From: Azolla caroliniana
Taxonomy: Eukaryota; Plantae; Polypodiophyta
Direction of reading: 5' to 3'
Assembly (NCBI GenBank): GCA_043228905.1
Contig: JBHGNT010000007.1
Span: forward strand, 19,344,001-19,408,000
DNA: 64,000 nucleotides
The translations under genes and the position numbers were made by a program. The notes under the pieces are model-generated. The model did no database searches. It was not told the origin of the DNA and was given only the letters and a program-made list of their open reading frames with translations. Below, piece by piece: positions 51,970 through 64,000 of this stretch (position 1 is its first letter; every line of letters starts with the position of its first letter).

Positions 51970-53297
51970 TTTTTTTTTCAAAAGGATTTCCTTCATTAGT
52001 ATTAAGAAAAGTGCCAGAGGGCTACAAAAATGTACAATCATAGAGTATTATGTACAAAAGAAATGGTCAGGGCAAGGACAAGGGATGTTGATATCTCCAT
52101 AACGGTCCTTTAGAGGAGACTGTGAACAAAGGAAACTTTCTCCATAATTGCAGTAATTTTTTTCTTTTCTTTAGAACAACCTCCAAAGAGCCTAGTATAT
52201 TGTCATATTGCCCCCACACAACCACCAATAAGCTCCCCCATAATTCCAGCAACATATTTGAGAGAAGAGGAATTATGGACTCATATGGTCTTATACAACG
52301 ATACTTCCATAATATCCATAATGTAATCGTAGATATTGTTTTCCATACATGGGCTGCACGCATTTGCGCACGAGGTTGCTGAAAAGGGGAGACAATAATT
52401 AGATGTCTGTTGATGACTATCATAGCCTTCAGAGCATTATCTACTTCATACAACATGAGATTGGAATGGAGAACCCCCCATACCGTTGATCCCCAAGAGA
52501 GGAGGCAACCTGCATTAATTGTCAGGAATAAAGAGATAACTTTATTCCATACTTGTTGGGCCATTGAGCATGACCAGAGAGCATGCTTAGTAGTTTCCTG
52601 CATGTCATCACAATATAAACATTGTCTAAGACTAGTTGCCACATCTCATTTCAATCATTGACCTACTGGTAGTGTTGCATGTAGTAAAAGCCATCTGAAG
52701 AGAATATATTTGCTTGGTCCCTTGAAAGACCAAATCCATGTCCAATATGCCTTCAAATGAGTGCTCGAAACACCCCACTTATTCCAGTGCCTTGGAGCTA
52801 CATGAGTTAGAATATTCTTAGACATGAGTAAGGTTCTACCCAATTTCATGTTGTACTAAAAGAATGGAACTTTCTGCAATGGATCCATCATGGGATTGGT
52901 CTAGAACCACCCCCTAGGTCCCACATCAGCCTACTAACTGGTTGTCGTGCATATAACCAGAGCGTATCCCACAATTGAGCTATTCAGGGTTGTGGATCCG
53001 GTAGTTATTTCTTACCAGATTTGGCAATCACCCGAACTGGCACAATGAGCAGGTTCTGTAATAAATTACTTGAGGGTGTATAAGGCTGCAATTTATTGTC
53101 CTGTTGAATATGGAAATAAAAAATACATCCATCTGCAGAAATTCCTTTAACATAAAGCATCATGTCCTTCATAAGGCATCCAAACCACATATGCTCCTGC
53201 ATTGGCTGAAGTTGCGCAAAAGATTGTGAGAAAGGCGTTGAGATTTCTGTTGTCATTGTTTTTGCCCCATATACCGAGTGTAACTACTTAAGCTGAT
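51970..53297 (-). mobile_element. 5'-truncated L1-like LINE
   Basis: zf-RVT-type remnants (WIW..PSK..FRWLLLH.TLP, CLYC..ETTKHALWSC, LWILWKYRC). Poly(T) at about 51970. TSD ggggaacgggtaga(ttt) at 51956 and 53298. Confidence 0.88.
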
Positions 53298-55516
53298 GGG
53301 GAACGGGTAGATTTCAATTAAAGAGTAGAACATAATTATGAAGTGTTCATACTCAACTTCTTGGCTTCTCCATCAACACTTTTTTATGTATATCAATTAA
53401 ACACGAACATTTTTGGACATCATCACCTTCATCACTAGCCATGTTTTGTGAGTTTTTGTGGTCCTTTTTTTGTCTTGTTAGTTGGGTTGAAGTTATTAGA
53501 GCCAATTTTACTTTCCTCTTTACATAATACTCTAATATAAATGTAGAGTAGAACTTTGGTTTATGAATTTTATACGTTGATAGCGAATTGTTTATGGGTC
53601 ACTTGGTCCCATGGTTTTTCATCCCTCAAGGGTTTTCTATGTTAAACGTTTTGTGGCCCATCATGCATAATTTGGTTGTTTTTCTTGAATAACTTGCACA
53701 ATATAATCTTTGTTTCATAGTAAGTGGTGAAGTGTTGTCATGAATTCTATCACGTGTTCATGATCCTCTCTTCCCTTCTCTACAATTTGTTGAGAGTAGC
53801 AACGCCACTTTTCTTCATCTGCTTCAGCAGCAACGTCGGTCCAATACTTCGTAGGTAATAGCTCTTGTCTTGTCAAATTGATCTCCTCTAACCTCTAAGC
53901 CTTGTAAGCCCTATGAGCACAAATTATTTTTTTAAACCCTAACTATAATTTTCTACAAGCCCGTGAGGTTGAAAATTCAGCAAAAAGAAAACCCAAGAAA
54001 AACGAAAGAAGAAGAAACCTTGAAAAATTAGACCATGCCTTTTCTTATAAACGAGAACTTCATATCTTTGGTTTCTTGCTCTAAGTCAAGTTACTTAGTT
54101 TTATAGTTGAAGTTACTTAATGCTCTAACCAATTGAACAAATTGGACGAATTTATGTTCTTATTTTGGTTCTAACCAATTGAACAAATGCTTTTGATTGA
54201 TAATTATCCGTAGAGTTACCTAGTCTTATAATTGAACTAATGCTTTTGATTGATAATTTTCCATAGTTGTGCTCTTAGGTAGGTGTAGTACAATTGTACA
54301 CGATCTTATTGCTAGTACCCGACGTAGATTTATCTTAACGAAGTAGGTCAATATATATACAATGTAGAACATATACATATCATCCAAACGATGCACTAAT
54401 TAGCATGCAATGAAGCACTTAGCAATTACTTAATTGAAAAGATTATATGCAATAGAATCAAACATTAGTAAAGCTTTATTAAATAACCATACACATATGC
54501 CATATAAAAATAATTCTTTTTGTTGCTATATTTACTTATTCCTTTTACATGATTGGCACGTGCCCACCCCACTATCGGGTGCTAATGATATAGACATTGA
54601 TCGGCTAACCAACATTTGTTCTCATCCTAAAATAGTACTCTCCAGTTTAAGAATAGTTCATTATACCTATTTTAGACCTAGTTGATACCGTATGGCCTTT
54701 GAGTCATGTACACACTCATCTAACATTCAACACTTGTGGAGAGTGAGGGCAAGAGGTCACAAGGTTAAAACTCACTTGGTAGGAAAAATCTTTTCAATGC
54801 TTATTTTTCCAAAGTGCGTAAAAATGCCTAGATTTGACCAATTTCCTTTAACATCTAAAGACAAATGGTCCATACATTCATAAATAATGGGTCAAAGGTG
54901 ATGCCTATGAATTTGAGATAGCCACTTTCCATATTTAAGTGATTGATAATGGGAATAGTTATCAAAGAAAGAATTTGTTCGGAAAAAACCATCATATCTA
55001 CATTGATTAATATGAAAGTCACAAGCTTTCAATGTTGTTTTCGCAACTAAATATGGTTATTCTTTCACTTAAATTTTTAGCAAAAGATGTTAAGGGAGGT
55101 CTTTTGCTAATCGAAGAGTTGAAGTATGATTAATGCACAAAGATCTAATCTCTTAAGATTTTGTTAAGTCTGATCTTCTCTAGCTTGTGTGTTTTTTATA
55201 ACCACGGGAGTTGAGGATATACTCAGGATTAGTGTTATGTATTCACGATTTCTATTGGAATCTTACTTCTTTTCTTACATTGCTCTAAGGGTGCATGTGC
55301 TTAGGGTATTTCGTTGAATTGTACTTACTGAGAGTTTTCTATTTCAGTGTAATCAAGTCAACAATTTTTTATGAGAAAATTGTCTCTAAGGATTCGCCAT
55401 CTCAAGAGGATTTTTTGTAACATCTAAGGACAAATTGTCCATATGTAGACAATCTGCTTATAGTGTCTATCATCAATTACAAAAGGAATGATTGTCTAAA
55501 ACAAACCTTTACATGT

Positions 55517-55553
55517 TAGCTCAAATGGTTAGAGCATCTTGCTAGTAATGTAA
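55517..55553 (+). other. tRNA-like 5'-half fragment (possibly Thr-AGT or SINE-derived)
   Basis: TAGCTCAAATGGTTAGAGC D-arm/A box followed by a CTAGTAA loop. No T-arm. Confidence 0.35.
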
Positions 55554-56396
55554 CAATCCCAAATGGGTTGTGTCATTTCTCTATGGAAATGATGCAATGC
55601 TCTTCTAATGGGATGTCATGTCCATTTAGACAATGTTTATATAAAATTATTAAAGATTTGACAAAGAGGGAAGCCTATCCATGAATGTCGGGAAAAACAA
55701 ATATATGATACTCAACACAAAACAAGTAGAAGCTACCCATTGCCAAGTTAAAGAAGGAATGCTCTCTTTGCTAACATGACACACAAAAAAGTAAACAAAC
55801 TACAGGACGCAATGGTGAACGGCAAAAAGCAAAAAGGAAGAAGGAATTGCATCTCTTGGAACACCATTTTGCACCAAAAGATCAAAGGAAAGGCAAAAAG
55901 CATCGGAAAACAAATCCTCTACGACAGACAAAACGAAAGATTTCAGTAAAAGCAAAAGCTAGAAAGCGAAAAGCAAATGTAAGTCCACTAAAGAAGGACA
56001 CTAGAGTCTTAATAGAGAATCCAAAACAAACATTTCAATGCATTTGAAAACATCTCATCATTTGATAAGAAAGTCAACCATTCCTTAAGAGTGAAGAAGC
56101 CCTTTAAAAGCATCTCTTTTATCGTCATCATGATTCATCATCATCAATCTTTTTCTTCTTCTTGTCATACATATCTAAGCCTCCCCTGTTTCTCCTTTGC
56201 TCTCACATACATTGCTAACAACCTTCCCCTGTTTCCCTTTCTTCTCCACAATGGGCTCACATTTCTTCCATCTCTCACATCCATATCACCATCATCACTA
56301 ACTACTAAAATCCTGATAACAAATATCATTACATCTTATCTAGTTTAAGCTGCACTAGAAGAGGATGTAAAGATACATGTAAACATAGATATAAAG

Positions 56397-58526
56397 ATGC
56401 TTCAAACTACTGCTTTGCATCTATCCACTTTAAGCATGGTTAGACCCATCACCATCACCATTACTAGTACTCTCTATTGCCTTCTATTTCTCCTCTCCTC
56501 TCTTGGACTGCTACGAACCTCCGATTCTTGCACAAGAGGAGATGCATATGCCCTTCTCCGCTTCATGAATGCTGTCAACATAACATCTCTCAAGAAGGGT
56601 TGGGGTTTAAGCAACAGCAATGGGAGCTGTTGTGATTGGGAAGGTGTGATTTGTGATGCTGTTTCTGCACAGATTCTGGGCATTTCTCTCTCCAGCAAAG
56701 GTCTATATGGGAGTTTATCTCAAGGATTAGCCAACATTCCATCTCTCCAAGTTCTCGACGTTTCGAATAATTACTTATATGGGCCTCTACCAAAAGATTT
56801 CTCAACACTCTCATCCCTTCACACTCTTGATGTCAGTAGCAACAATTTTTCAGGCCAGCTCTCTGATGTATTAGTGAATTTCAGCTCTTTGCAAGTGCTT
56901 AACCTCTCTACCAATGGCTTCAACGGTAGCTTGCCTTCCTCTTCTTTAAGGAATTTGAGCCTCTTGAGGAAATTCCTTGCTAGCAACAATGATTTTAGTG
57001 GAGATTTGCCTCTCATCCTATGCCAAACTGCCCCACTCCTTCAAGAGATGGATCTATCCTCTAACAATTTCTCAGGAACAATCTCAAATGTTATTGGACT
57101 TTGTGGCTCTCTCCAGGCATTAGATCTTGGTGATAACAACTTGGTGGGTAATCTACCCCAAGGTCTTTACAACCTAACCGCATCAACAATGCTTCGCCTC
57201 ACACGTAACCGTTTCAATGGTGAACTAGATAATGCTATCGGCAACCTAATCAATCTCTCTCATTTGATGTTGGGTTCGAACAACTTCACCGGACCACTTC
57301 CCTCCAACCTCTCCTCGTGTACAAACCTAAAGGTATTCACCGCAAACGTAAACAAATTCAATGGTTCATTGGATGTCATTCGATTCAATGAATTCTTGAT
57401 GCTAGAAAATATTGATCTCAATAGCAATGCTTTTGTCGGGTCAATCCCATCCTCATTAACTGAGTGCGCAGCACTCAAGAGCATAAACTTTGCAAAAAAC
57501 AAACTTTCAGGGGATATCCCATCGTCTTTGTATCGATTGAAGAACCTAACCACACTATTGCTAGCAAGCAACAACCTTAATGGGAGCATAAGATCCCTCG
57601 ACGCCACTGAACATTTGGTGAGTGTGATCTTATCCAGGAATTTGTTCAACGAGGCACTACCCAATACGATACAAGGGGTAGCTAATCTACAAGTAATTGC
57701 CCTCGATGACATCCGTCTCTTTGGTTCCATTCCAAAGTGGTTGAAGAATTGCACAAAGCTACAAGTGCTTGACCTTTCGTGGAACAACCTAACCGGATCG
57801 ATCCCGCAATGGATAGGGTCCTTTCCACATCTTTTCTATTTGGACTTATCCCACAACTCTTTCTCTGGAAGTATACCACCCGAATTGTTCTTGTTGCCCG
57901 CGTTGATACATCTCGATAACAACCTAAACGGATTGCAAGGAGTGGTTAGCAACCTTGCCATAAAACAAGAAGTTCATGTCCCACAGCTACAATACACACA
58001 AGTTTCAGCTTTTCCACCCTCGATTGACCTCTCCCATAATCACCTCCAAGGTTCTATACCTTCACAAGTTGGTGCTTTTGTCCTGCTTTTCGACATGTAT
58101 TTGAGTTTCAACAATTTGTCGGGGAACATCCCAAAGACGATCGCCAATATGACCGATCTAGAGAGACTCGATTTATCACACAACTCTCTCACTGGTGGAA
58201 TACCTTCGTCATTGACGAAGCTCACTTTTCTAGTTGATTTCAATGTTTCATACAATCAACTCGAGGGTCCAATACCTCTCGACAATCAATTCTTGACATT
58301 TTCATACGAAAGTTATGAAGGGAACCCACGTCTATGTGGTGCTCCTTTGCCTTCTCCATGTGGGAATCATAATGCCACCAAGTTGGATCCCCACTCCTCT
58401 TCAAGGAGGAGAAAAAGCCCAATTAAAGCTACTGATATTTTCGAGCCAATTGGTGTGGTCATCGGTTATGTTGCATTTCTTGTGGCGTGGTTTACTTTGA
58501 AGCTCACTAGAAGAAAGATTAGATAA
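56397..58526 (+). CDS. LRR receptor-like protein, PSKR/RLP2-type ectodomain with island domain, TM helix, no kinase (copy 1)
   Basis: Intronless 709 aa. Signal peptide, LRRNT CCDWEGVIC, about 20 LxxLxLxxNxLSGxIP repeats, island ending LQYTQVSAFPPSIDL, cap GNPRLCG, TM and short basic tail. Confidence 0.95.
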   Translation: MLQTTALHLSTLSMVRPITITITSTLYCLLFLLSSLGLLRTSDSCTRGDAYALLRFMNAVNITSLKKGWGLSNSNGSCCDWEGVICDAVSAQILGISLSSKGLYGSLSQGLANIPSLQVLDVSNNYLYGPLPKDFSTLSSLHTLDVSSNNFSGQLSDVLVNFSSLQVLNLSTNGFNGSLPSSSLRNLSLLRKFLASNNDFSGDLPLILCQTAPLLQEMDLSSNNFSGTISNVIGLCGSLQALDLGDNNLVGNLPQGLYNLTASTMLRLTRNRFNGELDNAIGNLINLSHLMLGSNNFTGPLPSNLSSCTNLKVFTANVNKFNGSLDVIRFNEFLMLENIDLNSNAFVGSIPSSLTECAALKSINFAKNKLSGDIPSSLYRLKNLTTLLLASNNLNGSIRSLDATEHLVSVILSRNLFNEALPNTIQGVANLQVIALDDIRLFGSIPKWLKNCTKLQVLDLSWNNLTGSIPQWIGSFPHLFYLDLSHNSFSGSIPPELFLLPALIHLDNNLNGLQGVVSNLAIKQEVHVPQLQYTQVSAFPPSIDLSHNHLQGSIPSQVGAFVLLFDMYLSFNNLSGNIPKTIANMTDLERLDLSHNSLTGGIPSSLTKLTFLVDFNVSYNQLEGPIPLDNQFLTFSYESYEGNPRLCGAPLPSPCGNHNATKLDPHSSSRRRKSPIKATDIFEPIGVVIGYVAFLVAWFTLKLTRRKIR

Positions 58527-60541
58527 GATTGGCCTACACCCAAAGTCTGTAAGTAAGTCTTGTTTATCTTGAATAATATGATGGATTTTTTGGGGGTGAG
58601 GGGAGCAAAAGAAAACCCATCCCACCTTGGAGCTTCTCTTTTTTTATGGCAATAAAGGACATCCAAAGACTCATGGTTGATGCTCCTATAAGCAAACCTT
58701 TTGTGAGTTCTACATAACAAACTACGTTCAACAATGGGCGTCTTGGATTTTCTTTCATATGTACACACATTATATAAACATTAAATACATAATCATGTTT
58801 TATGCCTTCTTTCTCATTGAGTATGAAAGAATGATATGCCAAATTCGTCGTTTTAGCCCTAAGTTCTAATATATTGTGCTCATCAATATTCATGTTATGA
58901 GGTGACATTATGCTTCAAAATATCAAGCTAAAGGAAATAACATAAAACAATGTGAGAAGAAAGTAAAGGAAAGAGCCTTCAAATATCCATGATGGGATAA
59001 TATAAGATCAAGAATAAGGAGACGCCCTAGCGAGGAGGAACATTTTTCAAAGAAAGAACATATATACCTCATGGTTTGGATGCCCTAGTTCCCCAAGAGC
59101 TTCAATATGTGATGCTACCTTAAGTAATAAAGAAGGATTTTTCTATTGTGCATTTGTTGTCGACGAGAGAAAGAGAGAATCCTATTGGACATATTTGATC
59201 TTCTAGTACGATAATAAATTCTATCTCTCTAAAGATTTTGTATACAATACTTGAGGAGGATTCAAAGCACATATACAAAACACTTAAAACCTTAAAATAA
59301 TTGAGGATCTAATTTGTGACATACTTTCACATGTACTTCATGAAAAGGTTATCTTTTTCGTCTCATAGGGCATATTGATTTTCCAAAGACGATAATAAAA
59401 TCTATCTCTTCAAACAATTTCCAAAGCGACAAATCCAAAATTTAGACAAAGATAACAATGAATGACAATACCATGATTCTCTCACTACTAATAGAACTCA
59501 CAAAAAGGCAAACAAATGATAGAAGCTAACAATCAACAACAAAGAGCAAAATCTAGAAAGGAATTCCCTCTCCACTAACATGATTATGCAAGAAAGGTGA
59601 AGAAAAGGAAAAAGGTGAAACGCAAATCTTGCTCTATTAAGATGGCAAACAAAACAAGAAAGTATAGCGCGAAACAACAAAAAGCAAATTCTGGTCCTAG
59701 TAATAGTCTAATAGACTCTTAAGACTATACATATAAACACAATGTTTGGGTGCAATATTGCTCACATCCTCAAGTATAATGTCGTTCTCAATACACCATG
59801 TTTAATATTCAAGAAAATTGACATTCATCCTACATTTGTTCTTAACAATTTATTCTATAGTTTTTAATCCTAGGCCTGAAGTTGTGCGGTCTAATTTCGG
59901 ATAGGCTTGCTCATGAGGCGAACTCCACAACATCCTCTTGTTTGTTTATACATATAGAATTAGAAAGCAAAGCATTAACAAAATCACAACACTATCAATT
60001 TCATAATGATCATCATCATCTTTCTTTTTAAAATAAAGATTCACATTGGTAACATAACCATCATCTTCCTTGTTTTTTTTTATAAAATTAGAAGGCAAAA
60101 CGTTAACAAAATCATGACACTGCCCATATCATAATCATCCTCAACTACATACAGCCTTCCCATGATTTTATAGAATCGATACATTTTTGTCATTTGACCA
60201 TTGACACATCGCCAAGCATCGTCCCGCTTCTTGTTGTCGTGTCGCATCCTACTATTGGTTGCGAAATTCTGGCAGCTTTTCAAAATCTTTTGAAACAAAG
60301 ACCCATTCTTTGATAGCAATGTCAATCCTTCCAAACTATCACTTTCCTCCCCAGTTTCTCTGTTGTTCTCACGCACAACATATGTAAAGCCTTGCTCTGT
60401 TTCCTTCAATATCTCCTTTCTCCTCAATTCACTAGCATTTCTTGCATATCCCCACCACCATTATTACTACTGATAACAAATATCATTACATCTTATCTAG
60501 ATTCAGCACTACAAGAAGATGTAAAGATAACATGTGTACAG

Positions 60542-62671
60542 ATGCTTCCAACTACTCCTTTGCATGTATTCACTTCAATCATGGTTAGACCCATCACCAT
60601 CACCATTACTAGTACTCTCTATTGCCTTCTATTTCTCCTCTCCTCTCTTGGACTGCTACGAACCTCCGATTCTTGCACGAGAGGAGATGCCTACGCCCTT
60701 CTCCGGTTCATGAATGCTGTCAACATAACATCTCTCAAGAAGGGTTGGGGTTTAAGCAACAGCAATGGGAGCTGTTGTGATTGGGAAGGTGTAATTTGTG
60801 ATGCTGTTTCCGCACAGATTCTGGGCATTTCTCTGTCCAGCAGAGGTCTATATGGGAGGTTATCTCAAGGATTAGCCAACATTCCATCTCTCCAAGTTCT
60901 CGACGTTTCGAATAATTACTTATATGGGCCTCTACCAAAAGATTTCTCAACACTCTCATCCCTTCACACTCTTGATGTCAGTAGCAACAGTTTTTCGGGC
61001 CAGCTCTCTGATGTATTAGTGAATTTCAGCTCTTTGCAAGTGCTCAACCTCTCTACCAATGCCTTCAATGGTAGCTTGCCTTCCTCTTCTTTAAGGAATT
61101 TGAGCCATTTGAGGCTATTCCTGGCTAGCAACAATGATTTAAGTGGAGATTTGCCACTCAGCCTATGCCAAAATGCCCTCCTCCTTCAAGAGATGAATCT
61201 GTCCTTGAACAGCTTCTCAGGAACAATCTCAAAAGGTATTGGACTTTGTGGCTCTCTCCAAGTATTAGATCTTGGTTACAACAACTTGGTGGGTAACCTA
61301 CCCCAAGATCTTTACAACCTAACCTCATTAGTAATGCTTCACCTCACAACTAACCATTTCGATGGCGAAGTAGATAATGCCATAGGCAACCTAATCAATC
61401 TCTCGCATTTGATGTTGGGTTCTAACAACTTCACCGGTCCACTTCCCTCGAACCTCTCCTCGTGTACAAACCTAAAGATATTCGTCGCAAACGCAAACAA
61501 ATTAAATGGTTCATTGGATGTCGTTCGGTTCAATCAATTCCCAATGCTAGAAAATCTTGATCTCAATAGCAATGCTTTTGTTGGATCAATCCCATCCTCA
61601 TTAAATGAGTGTGTAGCGCTCAAGAGCATACACTTTGCGAGGAACAAACTTTCAGGAGAGATCCCATCGTCTTTGTATCGATTGAAGAACCTAACCACAC
61701 TCTTTCTCTCAAGCAACAACCTTAATGGGAGCATAACATCACTGGATGGGAGTGAACATCTGGTGAGTGTGATCTTATCCAAGAATGTGTTCAATGAGAC
61801 ACTACCCGATAGGATGCAAGGGGTAACTAATCTACAAGTGTTCGCCCTCGGAAACATCCGTCTCTTTGGTTCCATTCCAAAATGGTTGAAGACTTGCACA
61901 AAACTACAAGTGCTTGACCTTTCATGGAACAACCTAACCGGATCGATCCCCCCATGGATAGGGTCCTTTCCACATCTTTTCTATTTGGACTTATCCCACA
62001 ACTCTTTCTTCGGAAGTATACCACCCGAATTGTTCTTGTTGCACGTGTTGATACATCTCGATAACAACCTAACGGGATTGGAATCGGTAGTTAGCAAGCT
62101 TGCCATAAAACAAGAACATGGTGCCCAAGAGCTACAATTCACACAAGTTTCGGCTTTTCCACCCTCGATTTACCTCTCCCATAATCACCTACAAGGGTCT
62201 ATACCTTCACAAGTCGGTGCTTTTATCTTTGTTTTAGACATGGATTTGAGTTACAACAATTTATCAGGGAACATCCCAGAGACGATCGGCTATATGACTG
62301 ATCTTGAGAGCCTCGATTTATCACACAACTCTCTCATTGGTGGAATACCTTTGTCATTGACGAAGCTCACTTTTCTAGCTTATTTCAATGTTTCATACAA
62401 TCAACTCGAGGGTTCAATACCTCTCGGCAACCAATTCTCGACATTTTCTAACAAAAGTTATGAAGGGAACTTTGGTCTTTGTGGTGCCCCTTTATCCTTT
62501 CTTTGTGGGAATGATGATGACACCAAGTCCAATTCCAATTCCTCTTTAGTTTGGAGGAAAACCCCGATTAAGGCCACTGATATTTTCGAACCGATTGGTG
62601 TGGTTATTGGTTATCTTGCATTGATAGTGGGTTGGTTTACTTGGGATCTGACTAGAAGAATGATGGGATAA
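60542..62671 (+). CDS. LRR receptor-like protein (copy 2, tandem paralog)
   Basis: Collinear 709-aa frame from ATG 60542. The ORF-track start at 60392 is a non-ATG extension. 5' and 3' flanks are also duplicated. Confidence 0.95.
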   Translation: MLPTTPLHVFTSIMVRPITITITSTLYCLLFLLSSLGLLRTSDSCTRGDAYALLRFMNAVNITSLKKGWGLSNSNGSCCDWEGVICDAVSAQILGISLSSRGLYGRLSQGLANIPSLQVLDVSNNYLYGPLPKDFSTLSSLHTLDVSSNSFSGQLSDVLVNFSSLQVLNLSTNAFNGSLPSSSLRNLSHLRLFLASNNDLSGDLPLSLCQNALLLQEMNLSLNSFSGTISKGIGLCGSLQVLDLGYNNLVGNLPQDLYNLTSLVMLHLTTNHFDGEVDNAIGNLINLSHLMLGSNNFTGPLPSNLSSCTNLKIFVANANKLNGSLDVVRFNQFPMLENLDLNSNAFVGSIPSSLNECVALKSIHFARNKLSGEIPSSLYRLKNLTTLFLSSNNLNGSITSLDGSEHLVSVILSKNVFNETLPDRMQGVTNLQVFALGNIRLFGSIPKWLKTCTKLQVLDLSWNNLTGSIPPWIGSFPHLFYLDLSHNSFFGSIPPELFLLHVLIHLDNNLTGLESVVSKLAIKQEHGAQELQFTQVSAFPPSIYLSHNHLQGSIPSQVGAFIFVLDMDLSYNNLSGNIPETIGYMTDLESLDLSHNSLIGGIPLSLTKLTFLAYFNVSYNQLEGSIPLGNQFSTFSNKSYEGNFGLCGAPLSFLCGNDDDTKSNSNSSLVWRKTPIKATDIFEPIGVVIGYLALIVGWFTWDLTRRMMG

Positions 62672-63249
62672 GATTAGACCACATAATATTTGGATGTCTA
62701 GTTTATCTTCAATAATATAATGGATTTTAAGGGGTGGGGACAAAAATAATGTCAACTCCAAATTTTGGAGCTTCTCTTTTACATGGGGTCATAAAGGACA
62801 TCCAAAGTTGGTTGCAAACCTTTTGTGAATTCAATGTAACAAACTATGTTTGATTAGTGCTTGGATTTCCTTTCTTCCATACACAAACATTGTGTTAATG
62901 CCGCTAAATTCGTGTTTTATGCTTTCTTTCTCATTCCTTACGAAAGAATGATATGCCAAAATTTGTTCCTTTTGGCATGAAACTCTAATTAATATGTTGT
63001 TCTCATCAATATCCATGTTATCTGTTGTAAGTCTACTTAAAAAATCAACATAAAAAGGAAGGAAATAACCTAGAACTAGTCAAGAAGAGAGTCAAGACTG
63101 AACCAAATCATTGTTGGAACTCGTAAAGTGTTGCACTTGCACTCAACATTTTGTTGGGACTATCCACCCAATCCATTACATCTTTCCTCCTAATTCAGGA
63201 TGAATCATTGAAACTATATTCCTCAAGTAAATTTTGTTCAAAAGTTTCC

Positions 63250-63930
63250 CAATCCGGGCTTGCAACTTGTATTTCAAGATTTCGAGAATGAAGACACAAA
63301 ACTATGACCCTTGCAAAGCTTGACCATTGCATTACAATGAAAATGTCCCTTATTCACATTTAACCTTTGTAGACCTTGAGGTATCATGTCACATCCTTCC
63401 CATTGGAGTGACCATTTGTATCCACGATCTTTTCAATGACCTTTTCACGATCATTTCTCTCACAAAGCATACGGTCCATCATCATGTTCATTACTCAAGC
63501 CAAATCACCATTCGAATGACCAACACTCAATTCACCAACCATCCTCCCCCAATACTCTTTCACATTGGGTTCACAAAATTTATCTCGTGATATTACATGC
63601 ATACGTGTGCTACTTGAGCAAGACCATCGGGGACTTGAACAAGAGAGGATGGGATGTTAGGTGACTCGAAGGCTCTTGGGTGTTGAACGATTGCTAGACT
63701 TGAAGGATCACTAGAGTTGAAGGCTTGTCATAGTCAAGGGAAATGCAAAGTCCACAGGTGCACAAAGTCGATGGATGAGCAACATTGAGGATGCGCAGGG
63801 TCAAATGGACCAAAGGGTTGAAGGGAGCCTAGAGTCGAATGGTGCGTAGAGTTAAAGGTAGGTCAGAGTCGAACATTAGGGAGAATCGAATATTCGTTAG
63901 AGTCGAAGGCTCCTTAGAGTTGAAGGTCTT
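63250..63930 (-). mobile_element. Possible degenerate Gypsy gag/leader fragment
   Basis: Minus frame EKVIEKIVDTNGHSNGKDVT*YLKVY resembles a gag N-terminus. Short agagtcgaagg repeats at 63660-63930. Confidence 0.3.
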
Positions 63931-64000
63931 TAGACAACTCTCACCAAAATTTGCATAAACAACTCCATTGATTGACAGAAACGACACATAAACCAATAAC

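Noticed and set aside
54280-54316. Palindrome gtacaattgtac followed by CTAG-T, resembling a Helitron 3' end
   Set aside because: The hairpin is AT-rich and short, and no 5' TC end or Rep/Hel sequence was found.
55517-55560. Functional tRNA gene
   Set aside because: Only the D-arm and anticodon loop are recognisable. There is no T-arm or acceptor stem.
60392-60541. 50-aa N-terminal extension of RLP copy 2
   Set aside because: It starts at TTG, and the homologous region of copy 1 contains a stop. The eukaryotic start is ATG 60542 or 60581.

Overview
Eukaryotic, almost certainly land-plant DNA. A non-seed plant such as a fern is suggested by Tcn1-type chromoviruses, but this is inference. Most of the window is nested transposons. 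Two large Mutator-like elements (MULE-1 2695-22410, MULE-2 23264-39852) sit about 850 bp apart inside one AC/AT-rich microsatellite-like tract. Each has TIRs, an exact 9-bp TSD, a SWIM-type DDE transposase and a ULP1/C48 SUMO-protease-like passenger gene. MULE-1 holds two Copia elements, one interrupted by a 1.4-kb TG..CA element with a tRNA-like Pol III cassette. MULE-2 holds a rearranged Tcn1-like chromovirus nest with a Tf1-style self-priming signature, itself interrupted by a full-length Athila-like Gypsy with an extra 3' ORF. Downstream are a LYRM1-like gene with a premature stop (missed by the ORF track), a decayed hAT element containing a Copia, a solo LTR and a hAT MITE, and a 5'-truncated LINE. 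The window ends with two intact tandem LRR receptor-like protein genes with PSKR/RLP2-type ectodomains. Coordinates were counted by eye and may be off by a few bases.
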